A stretch of 64,000 nt of DNA. It comes from Eledone cirrhosa. Lineage: Eukaryota. How positions within the stretch are numbered: the first letter of the stretch is position 1; the number at the start of each line of letters is the position of its first letter. Position numbers and translations under genes: made by a program. Positions 24,338 to 37,465 of the stretch are shown here, one piece after another. Location of the stretch: assembly GCA_964016885.1 (NCBI GenBank), contig OZ024742.1, forward strand, positions 316,448,001 through 316,512,000. Direction: 5' to 3'. A model generated the notes under the pieces. That model was not told the origin of the DNA and did no database searches. It saw nothing but the letters and a program-made list of their open reading frames with translations.

Positions 24338-24463
24338 AGCTGAGTAAACTGGAGCAATGTGAAATAAAGTGTCTTGCTCAAGGAAACAACACATCACTCG
24401 GTCTGAGAATTGAACTCACAACCTTTCGATTGCAAGGCCAATGCTCTAACCACTAAGCCATGT
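24338..24463 (-). mobile_element. tRNA-derived SINE family B, 5' part
   Basis: Minus strand: catggcttagtggttagagc..gagttcaattctc..ccttgagcaagacactttatttcac; same family as 51757. Confidence 0.8.
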
Positions 24464-24467
24464 CCCT

Positions 24468-24641
<174 letters not shown>

Positions 24642-24893
24642 TTTAGCTTTGTTGGTTCACCACTGGATAGAACTGGTCATTCCGTATGGTCAATCCTGGT
24701 GTAATATTGTGAAGAGTAGTCAACGCAGTGCAGTTCACCCATCTTCGTTTGTGTAGTTGGTGGTGCGAATACGGAGTTAATTATAAATGAAATAACAGGA
24801 GGCTGGACTGGTGTGTAATATTGTGAAGAGTACTCAACGCAGTCTCTGATTTTCGGACCCATGGCTTTTTACATATTCCTCTGTTATATTCCA

Positions 24894-24951
24894 ATATCTG
24901 ATGATATCACCGGATTCATATGGAACCCGGTCATTGAAATGATCATAGTAT
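24894..24951 (+). ncRNA. Minimal hammerhead ribozyme in TA-flanked element 24640-25002
   Basis: atat CTGATGA tatcACCGG..CCGGTcatt GAAA TGATCA TA gtat AATAAA; the element also has inverted repeat 24781-24813/24970-25003. Confidence 0.75.
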
Positions 24952-24997
24952 AATAAACCTTTCAAGGATTTACACCAGTCCAGCCTCCTGTTATTTC

Positions 24998-25064
<67 letters not shown>

Positions 25065-25071
<7 letters not shown>

Positions 25072-25725
25072 GACGTAAAATAAGAAAGTTTTTAAAATTA
25101 AAAATTAACTTACTTACTAAAATTTTTCACTCCAACTAATTAGTTTCTGTAATGGGATAAAGATAGTTACGCATCAGGGAGTCTATTCTCAGCTAAGTCC
25201 CCAGGCAATGCGCGGACACTAGGGACTCATATAAAAATAATAATTCGGTGGATGGAACAGCTAGCGGGGACTGAATTCCATAGCATTGAAAAAGTTCACT
25301 GTCTCTGGTCAAGTGGCAGATTCTAAAGAATCAATCACGTGACACTGAGGCTAGTCAGTAGGAGTGGGATGGTATTATGAGAAGAGCCTACTACCACTAC
25401 TATGAATTAGCAGTGGATTTAGCAAGTTTGCTCAACAAATAAATAATTTGGAGATAAATATAGAGAATTAATATATTTACCAACATATGCGTACAGATGT
25501 AAACTAATGCTAGCAAATACATAAGTTATGTCATAGTACCTAGGTGGTTCTATGCAGGGGGATGCAGAACAATTATATTTTAAAATTTTCTTATTTTACG
25601 TCTTTCATATAATTGTTCTGCATCCCCTGCATAGAACCACCTAGGTACTATGACATAACTTATGTATTTGCTAGCATTAGTGTATATCTGTACGCATATG
25701 TTGGTAAATATACTAATTCTCTCTC
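25065..25725 (-). mobile_element. Diverged relative of the ~510-bp monomer plus an inverted junction-spanning piece
   Basis: Colinear similarity with 22219-22727; 25580-25722 is an inverted copy covering the end-to-start junction. Confidence 0.8.
25129..25182 (-). ncRNA. Hammerhead ribozyme (A9 missing)
   Basis: Minus strand: ACTCC CTGATG cGTAA..TTACa GAAAC taatta GTT GGAGT. Confidence 0.7.
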
Positions 25726-25742
25726 TCTATATATATATATAT

Positions 25743-25927
25743 GAAAAAGTATGAACCCGACGACAGAGCTCAAGCCGTTTCGGCGGCTATTTCAGAAATA
25801 GCCGTCGAAACAGCTTGAGCTCTGCCGTCGGGGTCATACTTTTTCCCATTCCCCACTCTACTACCCTAAGTATTGAGTACTCTGCTGTGTTATGGTCCAT
25901 CTGGTTCCTTACCACAATTCCTTTATT
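25743..25927. mobile_element. Fold-back palindrome element (51-bp arms, centre 25794)
   Basis: Near-perfect palindrome between TA runs; family members at 340-540 and 42460-42517. Confidence 0.75.
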
Positions 25928-26674
25928 ATATATATATATATGTATATGTAAAAAGGTAAACAGAAATAACAACACAATCGGTACAGTATATGGAAGGTAT
26001 ATATTAGGTTAACGCTTGATATAGCAGGAAGAGACACACACATAGTTATCATAATGTTATCAGAATGCTTAGATGTTTTTCTCAAGCAAATAGTTTTCAC
26101 CTACAATATGTATGTTTTTGAGTCCCAAGGATAAAAGTGAGATGTAAACTTATGTGTTAAGGTAGATTATTCGGTTTCATGCTCTCATCTTACCATATGA
26201 ATTTACTCATATATACTATAATGCAACTCAATGAAATTATTCCATTTATAATGTTTTTCGTATTTCATTTATTGAAACACGTGTAAAACGAATAAAATTG
26301 TCTTAAGTTATATCTAAATTCCTGGATGTTTTACACATACACACACACACATAACTATGGCATTACATAAAATTCTATGTATACAAATTATGGCTTAATT
26401 GCTTCTTACTCCACGGATGTCGCTTTGGTTTGTGTCATACAGTGTGACCTCGGGTGGACCAGCAGTACAGTTGGTAGGAGTCGAATCTCCCAAAGTCCGT
26501 CTCAACGGAAGAGGACGCTGGAGTTCTGTGTCTTTCGTTTCATTTGTATTTTTATTAACAAAAAATAATTTGAAGCTTTCCCCTTCAAAACGTTGTCTTC
26601 CGTTATACCTTGTTTTCGTTTGTTGTCTTTTCTTCTCTTTGTTAATACTCCTCAGATTATTATTATTATTATTG

Positions 26675-26860
26675 TCGGATTGGCAGTATCGGTAGAGGGT
26701 TGGACGCCATGCTTTGCAGCATAGAGTTCCGACCCTTTACGGTCTGATTTCATATCCCCCCCGAGTTTAACTTTGCCTTTCATCCTTCTGGGGTCGACAA
26801 AATAAAGCACCAGTAATGCACTGGGATGAGTGCTGGCCTTGTGCCAAAAGTAGAAACAAT
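26675..26860 (+). mobile_element. SINE family A flanked by (ATT)n
   Basis: Family head, core and tail. Confidence 0.85.
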
Positions 26861-27099
26861 TATTATTATTATTATTATTATTGAATGCCATGGTTGACGG
26901 AGGCTCGGCTCTGTAAGGTATAGTAATTTTTAACCGCTATAACAATTGTAAATTGTTTAAAACTTTAACCAAATTGTAGATAAAAACACCCTCCTCCTCG
27001 TGAGAGGGGTCTTTATGTCCGTTATTTGGCCCTTCGGAGTTAAATAACCGCTTATTGGGGTTTTGTGCCCAATATTCATTTTAAACCCCCCAAAAAAAC

Positions 27100-27471
27100 A
27101 TGGCTACAAAAAAGAATTTTCACAAGTCACGCCAACTCTTTCTGTCTTCTTCCTCAATCGTCACTACATCAGAGAGAAGATTATCTCTCTCCCTCCCTTC
27201 TCTAAATGTGGTGTCACCTCTTTCGCAAGCGACGCCATTAAAGGAAAAGGAAAATATAGTTTCTGATAGCTTTCACCAATAGCACGTGCATACCGTGGAA
27301 CATTTCTCCACAACGACGACAACGACGAAAAATGTGTGCGGTAAATACGGAAAGCCATTTCATTCGTCTGACGTCATGCAGAATAGCAGTAGCAGCCGTA
27401 ATAACAGCAGCAGCAGCAACAGTGACAAGGAAAACACTAGTAGCAACCGCAACAACATCAGCAGCAGCATA

Positions 27472-27502
<31 letters not shown>

Positions 27503-29240
27503 ACAACAGCAGCAGCAGCAGCAACAACAACAACAACCACAGCAACAGCGGCGGCGGCGGTCGTAGTACCAGCAGCAACAACAAAAGTAACAGCAGCTCT
27601 GACGACAACAACAACAACAACAACAACAAGAAAGAAAAACCAATCTCGTTTGCAGGTATCGCAAAGAACCTGGAAACCATCCTTATAACAAATGAGGAAT
27701 TACAGGAAGCAAAGAAGATGGTGACGAAAACCGGACACCGAGCAATCTGCAAAGCAGCCGAAACATTTTTCGAAACCCAACAGCACTGTACGGTCACGTA
27801 CCGTACAGTAAGCACAAAATCCCGTAGGGTTGAAAGATCCACAGAGGCTCAAATACAAAAAGCCTTAGGGTCTGTGTGGCAGTGGAAAACGCATATCACT
27901 CGAGGCAAGAAATATGCCACCGTGGACGTGCTTTTTGCCACACCCAGGAGGCAAAGGCTCAATCCTTAGTGACCATAAGGAGCGAGGAAATGGTGTTGGT
28001 GCCCTCCTACTGCGGGCAAAAAATTGTGAGGGTCACTGACCGACGTCCCCCACGGGATGGCCCCTTCTTGGCTGGCCGCGTCCTGTCCTCGTCGGAATCG
28101 AGGACAAAACAACTGTACTGCAAGTACAGAAAAAAGTACGAGAAGATTGGGTCGGCACCTCCATTGAGATGTTAATCCAAACCAACCAGGAGTGCATCGA
28201 AGCTATCCCGGATGTGATAGACTTCGATAACGCACTCAACTGCCCATAATTGTTGAGGGCAAACGCCCGAAATGCTCTCGCTGTGGATCGAAGACTCACC
28301 TCAGGGCCTTCTGCAATGAGAAGACCCTGAGAAAGGAGAAAACCCCCCTTCTTCCGAAACCGGCTCCACAGCTACCAGCAACAGGACAGGCGGCAAGCAG
28401 GAAGGATAGGTCCGTGGCACCCAAACCCACGCCACGGAAATCAAGAACAGCAGCAGCAGTGGAAGTATTAACAACAGCAACAGTAATACCAACTGCAGCT
28501 GCAACAGAGACTCCACTGCAAACATCACCAACAACAACAAGTGAAAGAGTGGAGCTGGTAACCCTCCCCGACCTCACAGAATCGGACATGGAGTATGAGG
28601 TGGGAGAGGGATGGCAAAAGGTCGCAAGACGGCACAAACGCAGAAGCAGCGCATCGTCGCCTTCGAAAAGGGAGGAAAGAAATGAAAAAAGGGCAAAGGC
28701 TACTGCAAAGAGACTTACAGCAGCAACACCACCAAGACAATCACCACCCACACTAGCACCACCATCACCACCGGCGGCAACCCCACCGCCAACAACAACA
28801 ACACCTTCAACACCACCACCACAAGCACCAACATCGCAAACACAACTACAAAACACACACACCCAGCAACAACGACAAGAAAATAGCAGAACCACACACC
28901 ACCAGAAAAACAAATGCACAGCAATAAATACACACAACAAGAAACTAATGACTTACACAATTGAACACAGACATTTCACAGCACGACTACATAATACCAG
29001 CATCAATCAAAACTCCAACGAACATAAGACTGGTAAGAATAGCATAGAAACAATACACAAACATTAAAACGAAATTCCCCAATGCAAGGTGATTTCAGAG
29101 ACCTAGGAGGGACAGTCAACCGGAGAGTATATTCGGATATACTAACAGAAGAGCCGACGACCAGCCGAAGGGACGATTCAACGGTCCCTTCACCAGACGA
29201 TCAAGTGAAAAGGGATTCAGAAACCATCCTTCCTCTACGA
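27100..29240 (+). pseudogene. ORF1 (gag-like) of Tx1/L1-type LINE
   Basis: ATG at 27100, in-frame stop at 27280 then the same frame continues; CSRCGSKTHLRAFC (CX2CX4HX4C) at ~28273-28315; low-complexity S/N and P/T tracts; frameshifts; 3' end approximate. Confidence 0.7.
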
Positions 29241-29286
29241 GAAGTAAGGTAAGTGATCTTTCCCATCTTTTCCACTCCATTTCAAC

Positions 29287-32200
29287 ATGACCTCACTCAG
29301 ACTAGGCAGCATAAATGCGCGTGGCTTGGGTCGTTATGGAAGCAGGGCCACCTGCTCAACGACCTCAGGTCACTAAACATAGATGTAGTGGCAATCAGCA
29401 AGACCAGAATCTCCGAAGCACGGACCTTCGCACCGATCTTCGGCGGCTACGATGTGTACGCATCTCCCAGCCGTCCTGGATCGGGGAGAGGGATTGTTGT
29501 GCTTTTTCGGAGAGGTTTGGATCTTGCCATACGGGCCATCTTCCTGGACCCAGAAGCTAAGTTGGTGGTGCTGGACATGACCAGCGGAGACGGGCAAGTT
29601 TTCAGGCTAGTGGCCGTCTATGCCCCGACAGGAGCAGGGCGGCCTGATTTCTTCCGGCGTCTGGAGACCTTTCTAGGAACGTCCCGCTTTTTAGTGTTAG
29701 TGGGCGACTGGAACGGGATCTTAGATGCACGCTGGGACTGTGTGGGATTAGCGGATAGGGGACGAGGGTGCAAGAGCCTCACCCACCTGCTCAGGCGTTT
29801 TGAACTGTCTGACAGGTACCCATTGGATTTCCCGAATGTGCCAATGTGGACTTGGACAAATCGCATAGGGTCATCCAGATCATATCTAGATAGAGTATTT
29901 TGTAGGGAAATACATAGGTCTAGCATAGGCTGTACACAATTCAAGATAGTTAGCTACACGGACCACAAATTCGTGATCTGTGTGCTTGACTTAGATAGGC
30001 TTCATAGACGAGGACCCGGCTACTGGAAACTAAACGCGTCCTTAGCTGCGCGCAAAGCCTACAGAGACCGGATTAGCGAACTAGTTAAGCGGGCGTTGAC
30101 GGGGGCCATCGTCAACAACAAGTGGTGGTTTGCTCTGAAAAGAGCGATTAGAATAGAGTCCATTAGGCTTAGTAAGGCTTTAGCAATAGAGAAAAATAGA
30201 GCAGAGGAAGTATTAGTTAGAAAATTAGACGAGGCCCTTAGCAAAGGCATCGCGCCCGACGTACTTGCGGCGAAATTATCCTTGACCAATTCTTCAATGC
30301 AAAGCACGAAGGCTGCGTTGTCAGAGCTAGGGTGCGTGCTCTCAGACACGAGGGACGAAAGCCGTTCAATGGGCCCGAGTGGCTGAGGCGCGTCGTGGCA
30401 ACAAAGCCACGATCCGGTCTTTGGTGGACCACGACGGGCGCATGCTACTAGATCCTGGGCAAATGTGTGAAGCTTTTCAGCGACACTTCGTACAGCTGTT
30501 CGTGGGCAGCGGCGGGCCAGATCGAGGGATGGACTTTAGTGTCTACCTCGACGGACTGCCGCGGCTCTCGGCCACTGAGGCGGAGTGTTACGAAAATCCG
30601 ATAACAGCCGCTGAAGTACGGGAGGCAATGACTGGCTGCACAAGAGGTAAATCGCCTGGTTTGGATGGTCTGCCCTATGAACTTTACGTACAGATGCCAG
30701 ACTTGTTTGGAGGCCTCTTGGCGGACGTCTACTGCAACTGGCAACAGAACGGGAGAATTCCCAGCTCTGTGAGCCGAGGAGCTGTGGTGCTGCTGAGAAA
30801 GGATCCGAACAAGGGGGATAACATAGATAATTTCAGGCCCATAACACTGCTAAACACAGAGTTCAAGATTTCGGCCAAGGTGCTAGCAAAGAGGTTGGCG
30901 CTTGTCGTTGGTGGTCTGGTGGGAGAGGCGCAGACATGCGCCATTCCCGACAGATCCATCCACGACAACCTCCACCTCATGCGTTACATCGTAGAGAGGG
31001 TAGCTAGGGAACCTGGCACGGGTGGGTCCTTGATCAATTTAGATCAGTCGAAAGCTTTCGATAGGGTCGACCACCGTTACCTAGCGGCAGTCCTGAGGGC
31101 GGCTGGCTTTGTGCCCGTCTTCAGAGGAATGAATCTCTGCCATGCACAGCGACATCTGCTCTGTGGTCAGAGTGAACGGTCACCTTTCGGAACCGTTCAA
31201 CATCATGCGCTCGGTCCGCCAAGGATGTCCCCTCTCGTCCCTCTTGTACATATTGACTCTCGAGCCATTACTGCACAAACGGGAGACGTTGAGGAGGGGG
31301 ACGGCGAACTAGGATGCGGAAGTTCCGTGTCAGCATATGCGGACGATGTCACCGTAGTGGTGTCGAACGCCAAACACATCGAGGCGATCGGCACTACACT
31401 AAGAGAATACGAAGCGGTGACAGGAGCAATGATCAACCAAGAAAAGTTAGTGGGCCTGCAGCTCGGCACCTGGAGAGGCAGGTCCATGCCGTCCAACAGC
31501 GTTGTCGGGCGCTGGACGGACGGATCGGTTAAATTGCTAGGGGTCTAGTTCGATCCGGACCTCCAGACGGACAAAAACTGGGACGAGATGACGAGCAGGG
31601 TGGCTTCTCTCACCCAGAAATGGGCCGAGAGAAAGCTATCCCTGAAAGGTCGAGCGGAGGTGGCTAACGCGTACATCGCGTCCGTCATCTACTACCGCCT
31701 GATCGTCGTACCTTGTCCTAAGCCCCTCCTGACTGCGTTGGAGCGTTTGCTCTTTCGCTTTTTGTGGAAGGGACGCGCTCCGATGGTCAGGCAGTCCATC
31801 TGCTGTCAACACCCGCTACATGGAGGGCTGAGAATGCCGTGGCTGATGATGCGCAGACACGCGCTCAGGCTACCACATCTCCACCTCTTCCTCGACGGTG
31901 ATCATGTGTGGTCGCCGTTTGCTAGACACGTCTTTCCCCAGCTCGTCTCCTTGATGGAGCTGCAGTTATGGGTCAAGCGAAGACCAAGAGGGAGCGCTAG
32001 GAGATTGGAATGTCTTCAGGCGCTCACAGCCCTCGACCAATCGGGCAATGTGATCGGTGGAAACTCCACCTAGGCGTTCTATAGGGGATTAGTGGAGGGG
32101 AAGAGCGACGACGTAATTGGAGAAACTCTAGGCGTCGACTAAAATCAACTAGCCAATCTCTTCGGAAGGACTTTCGGGCCGGGGCCTATGGACAACTTCC

Positions 32201-32709
32201 AGAAATCCCTGGCCTGGCAGTGCAACCGGGGAGCTTTGCCAGTTCGGGATAAACTCTACAGGGATGGAGGTGCCGTCAGCCGAGCATGTCCCAGATGCGC
32301 GCAGGGCGACGAAACCGTCCTGCACGCACTCGTCCAGTGTCCGAGCATTGCTGACTTGTGGGTTTATGTCGAACACCTGCTGTCGCGTGTAGGACGGATC
32401 CAGCTATCAGCTGAGTCCATCGTGAGGATTGCCCCACCCTCTTCATTTAGCCGGGAAAGGCAGGCAATATTTATCTGTCTGGTGGACATGGCGAAGGAGA
32501 TAGCATGGTGGACACGTTTGAAAGGGCTGAAGATGAGCACTTACCTCTTCGGTGATGCCCTGATTAACTTTTTCAAATTTCATTTGAAAAGGAAAATCAG
32601 TGTAAAGAGGGAGGTGCTCTCTTCCCAGCATTTTGTTGAAAGATGGGTAAGAGAAGGGGAGTATGGCCCGAATGAATGGGCCTTCTCTGAGTATGTGTCT
32701 GTAAATTAA
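29287..32709 (+). pseudogene. ORF2 (APE, RT, C-terminal Zn finger) of Tx1/L1-type LINE
   Basis: SINARGL, AVYAP, VGDWN, SYLDRVF, TDH, YWKLN; KSPGLDGLPYE, FRPITLLN, LDQSKAFDRVDH, AYADDV; CPRC..ETVLHALVQC; several frameshifts and stops. Confidence 0.93.
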
Positions 32710-32989
32710 AGGTGGAAAACTGGGAGAGGGCACTTGCCCTGGTGGTCAGGGCCACTGTGGTCTTTTAATGGGCTTTCTCCACAAATGTCCCTCGGAAGTC
32801 TCCCCCCTATTGGGGAATTTTTCTTTGTTATTTTATTTCAACCTCCGTTTTTTTACACGCAGAAATGCCCATTTGTACCGTCCTGTATTTTCCTGTACTG
32901 TCCTTAATGTCTACTTTATGTAAACCCTTGTGGTTAATAAAGAAAACATTATTATTATTATTATTATTAATATTATTATTATTATTATT

Positions 32990-35351
32990 GTTCTTTGCAT
33001 CTCAGTCATTGATGTTAGTTAACTGGAAAGTTTGTTGAAATGAATATCAAGCCACTACCTGCAGCCTCAGATATTCAGGACGTATCGGAGGGTTCTTGAT
33101 GTTCCCAGCAAGCATGCCTTTTGAAGCGTTCCAAAAAGCATGGCGGGGCCTATTTTCTTTAACCCTCCCTGGAAACTTTTTGAGATAGTACCTAGTGCGC
33201 CTATGACAATCGGGACCACTTTCACTTCATGGCAGTTCCAAATCCTTTTTACCTCCCACTTTAAGTCCTGGTATCGGTTAATTTTCTCCCTCTCCTTCTC
33301 TTGCACTCTCGTGTCGAATGGGCAGGCCACATCCACAATCAGGCACGATCTTTTTTCTTTGTCCAAAACCACCAGGTCAGGTCTATTGTGTTCCAGTTTC
33401 TTGTCCGTCTGTATCCTAAAATCCCACAGCACCTTCACCTGATCGTTTTCTATCACCGACTCTGGCTTATGCTCATACCACTTCTCAGAATGTGGTAAAT
33501 TGTTTACTTTGCATAGGTGCCAGTAGATCACCTTGCTCATCACATCATGTCTCCAGCCCTTATAGTGAGTCTGGGCTAGGTGTTTACACTCGGATACAAT
33601 GTGAGTCACAGTCTCCTCTCTCTCTCCACAGATCCTGCACAGTGGGCTAGCCTCCTCCTTGTAAATATGGTGTTTCAACCATTTCGTTTTAAGGGCCTGC
33701 TCTTGCGCAGCCATTAACATTCCTTCTGTAGCCTTTTTAAGGTCTCCTCTTTTCAACCAGTTCCATGTCTGTGGATCTCTGAATTCAGTTTTCTCAAAGA
33801 AGGTACTATGAAGGGATTTTTCATGAAGGCTGCTCTTTCTCCTTGTTGTTATTTCCTCTTTGGACATCCCCTGGTCTATTGTCCTCTCTGTCAGTACAGT
33901 TCTGATCATTGGCCCCTTACTATCAGTCACGTATTTGTGTAGGTTGTTTTTCTCCATCTGAACACAGTCTTCTATGCTGATAAGACCTCTTCCACCTTCA
34001 GATCTCCTTAAGTAGAGTCTATCGCCATCACTCCTCTTGTGGAACATGTAGATAGTCAATTGCTTCCTAGTCTTCTTATCCATTTCTTTTTGTTTAGCAA
34101 CATTCCATCTCAGAATTCCCGCACTGTACCTAATAATAGACACAGCTCGGGAATTTACTGCACTTATGGCATTCCTACAGTTCAGATGTGACTTTAATAC
34201 GATCCTTACTCTCCGAATGTATTCAGATCTTATCAATTCCTTCATTCTTTTGTTCTTGATGTCATCAGCCTCCAGAACACCCAAATACTTGTATCCTTCT
34301 TCAGTGTCAATTTCCTTTATCATCTCACCTGTTGGTACCTGGATTCCGTTGCTTCTGCTCAATTTACCCCTCTTCATCACGAGGACTCCACACTTACTAA
34401 TACCAAATTGCATACATATATCATTGCTGAAAATACGGACAGTGTCAACAAGCTCATCCAACTCCTTCTCACTCTTCCTGAAGAGCTTAAGATCATCCAC
34501 GAAGAGGAGGTGATTGATTGTAAGCTCTCCCTTTCCCAACTTGTATTCTGCTCTCACTTTTCGCAGTATAATGGTCAGGGGCATCAGGGCAAGGACAAAC
34601 AACAGAGGGGACAGACTATCTCCCTGGAAGATACCTTTCTTGATCTTCACGCCTCACAAGGATTCTCCAGCTGATGTTAACTCTGTTGTCCAGGACTTCA
34701 TACTTTTGCCCAACAACTGTCTGATGTTATCTGCCACCCTGAAGATCTCCAAGCTTTTGGTGATCCAAGAATGAGGCACCATGTCAAATGCCTTTTTGTA
34801 GTCTATTCATCCCATGGCAAGACCAGTGTGCTCCTCTTGCAATTCCTCATTACCATCTTATCAATAAGTAACTGGTCCTTTGTACCACCGGACTTCTTTC
34901 GGCATCCTTTCTGTTCGTCCGGTAACAAGTTGTTTGTGTGGAGATGATGGTAGATTTCCTCAGACATAATGCTTGTCAACAGTTTCCACATTACGGACTG
35001 ACATGTGATAGGTCTATAGTTGGTAACATCATTACCCTTGATTCGGTCTTTCATTACCAGAACTGTGGTACCTTTTGTCAACCACTCTGGTACCTCACCT
35101 GACATCAAGCAGTCATTGAACATGGTTGTCAGTTTCGGGTGGGGGGTGTTACATTTTTAATCCAATACCCCTGCACACCATCTGGGCCTGGTGATTTCCA
35201 GTTGGTTAGTTTTTTGGCCTGCCCCTTAAGAGTTTCAACTATGATACTCAAATCAGTTTGTTGGTGTGCCTGTTCACTAATCTCCTTTTGTACTGTCTCA
35301 ATCCACACTGCCTGGTCATTATGTTTAACATCCTGCTCCCATATTCCTCTC

Positions 35352-35352
<1 letters not shown>
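32990..35352 (-). mobile_element. 5'-truncated R4/Dong-type LINE (RT + CCHC + RLE)
   Basis: NYRPITC, EQKGCRK, DYKKAFD, GIFQGDSLSPLLF, HLLFVDDL, CRIC..ETVTHIVSEC, RHD, NRPDLV..VDVACP, KINRYQDL; (ATT)n on both sides. Confidence 0.92.
33067..34650 (-). pseudogene. Longest open segment (527 aa) of the R4/Dong-type RT-RLE protein
   Basis: ORF track; upstream part interrupted by stops and frameshifts. Confidence 0.9.
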
Positions 35353-35429
<77 letters not shown>

Positions 35430-36300
35430 ATGATATATAGTACAATGTGATATTTTGAATATCCTTAAACATCCTTTGCTTGAACTTCTATATTTGAGTC
35501 AGTTTGTGAGAAATTATCAAATTATTTTTTTAATTCTTTCTCCAACAAGAAATCACAGAATTCTTTAGGGCCTAGAAGGTAACAGATAGATTCGCTTGTA
35601 AACACTATTCCCAAGAACATTAATCGTAGTGAAATAAAATATCGAATTTTAGAAGAAAAAAACGGTTTGCCTGTTCGGCTAACTAAAAGCTTACTTCCTG
35701 TTCTCAGGCGCTCCTATTTATATAGAATAAAATTAAATTTTAGTAAAATAAATTACCTTCTGTTGTCAGTTTGTTAGACTGATTTTAATTGCTTTTTCGG
35801 GTGATATCTTTCCTTCCGTCATTCATTTTTTCTTTCTTTCGTCATTTCCTTTGCTTCGATCTTCAACAATATATTCAAAATTGCAACTTCTACAATGATT
35901 GTATTTGAGAAGGAATAGTTATTCGGTTTTCAATAAAATATTCTGATTCAGCAAATTTAATAATATATTTTTATATTTTCATAAAGTCTTTTTCGGCTTT
36001 TAAATTTTACATACTTCTCACTATTTACATATCTTTCGGCGTCTTTTTTTTTATATTATAAACATACGTTCGGACTGATTAATATAATAAATCCAAACAA
36101 TTTCGGAAAAACTAATTATATTTATTGTTGGCATAGCCTGAGGCAAAGTGAGTGAAAATGATTATGATGTGCATGAAATGTTGTACACTGTGTTATCGAT
36201 GTTGTTGATTTCATTATATAAGATAACACTTTGATTCACCTGACGGGTTTAATTTATACAGATGCGCGCGCATACACATACAGACACAGACACAGACACA

Positions 36301-36334
<34 letters not shown>

Positions 36335-36394
36335 TGCGCGCGCGCGCGCATATATGTAAATATTATATGTATATAGCAAACTTAATATAGAAAC

Positions 36395-36443
36395 GGCTTC
36401 TACAGGATTAGAACAGTTTCATTCGAAGGAAATCATGAGGAAA

Positions 36444-36446
<3 letters not shown>
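36395..36446 (-). ncRNA. Degenerate hammerhead of the 8091 family
   Basis: Minus strand: ggctttc CTCATGA tttccttcgaat GAAAC tgttctaatcct GTA gaagcc; inverted 3' half across the TA run at 36496-36525. Confidence 0.55.
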
Positions 36447-36498
<52 letters not shown>

Positions 36499-36608
36499 CT
36501 AATCCTGTAGGAGTCATTTCTATATGTAATAAACACACCTATACCCTACCTACGTATTGAATACTTACTGTAACTGTGGTTGCCCCCCACAATATTACTC
36601 GGAAACCT

Positions 36609-36701
<93 letters not shown>

Positions 36702-37364
36702 CCCGGTCATGACCGTACCTCGAAACCAATGGTAACATATATATAACATGAGGAGAATACGAAGTTATAAATGTTAAAGACTCCTTTATTATAATAACTA
36801 GCATAAAAACCACCATTCGGGTGGTTTTCTGCTAGCATGTGTAGTGTGTATATTGATATTATACGCAAGTATATATGCATGTAAATATGATATATCAAAT
36901 AAAATCGTAATTGACATATATAATACATAGAAATTGAGCGAACTACGTTACACTGTCTTATGTAGTCAGTAACATAATCCATGATAAATTAAAAAATGAC
37001 GATATTATATATAAACTGCATTAGGAGAAAATTAGTGACAGAAAATTAGTATGTTTATTTAAGCGAGGGCCAACCGGAAGTCTTGACATTTCAGAAATTT
37101 TAAAGAAGTGAATCTTTAAATAAACAAAATATATTTAATCAATAGCCACGAAATTTAGTAGATAAATTATGTAATATTCATTCATTATTTATTCAAAGTA
37201 ATCCAACTTATTTTACTACTGGGATAACAAATTATAAACCGTATGCAGTCCCGCGCACCTCCCTTTATTATAGTTTAGATAGAGCCGCTATACCTTTTTC
37301 AATGACGATCAGCTGAAAAGGTAATATGACGTCAATTGAATTGAATTGTATCCTTGTCTACCGA

Positions 37365-37465
<101 letters not shown>

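Larger units (their letters stand above)
26883..32947 (+). mobile_element. Full-length L1/Tx1-clade LINE, disrupted
   Basis: ORF1 with zinc knuckle, ORF2 APE-RT-CCHC, AATAAA at ~32936, (ATT)n on both sides. Confidence 0.9.

Noticed and set aside
35620-36080. Purine-rich minus-strand segment with a CAGAAG|GTAATT donor-like site
   Set aside because: Multiple stops and no recognisable protein motif
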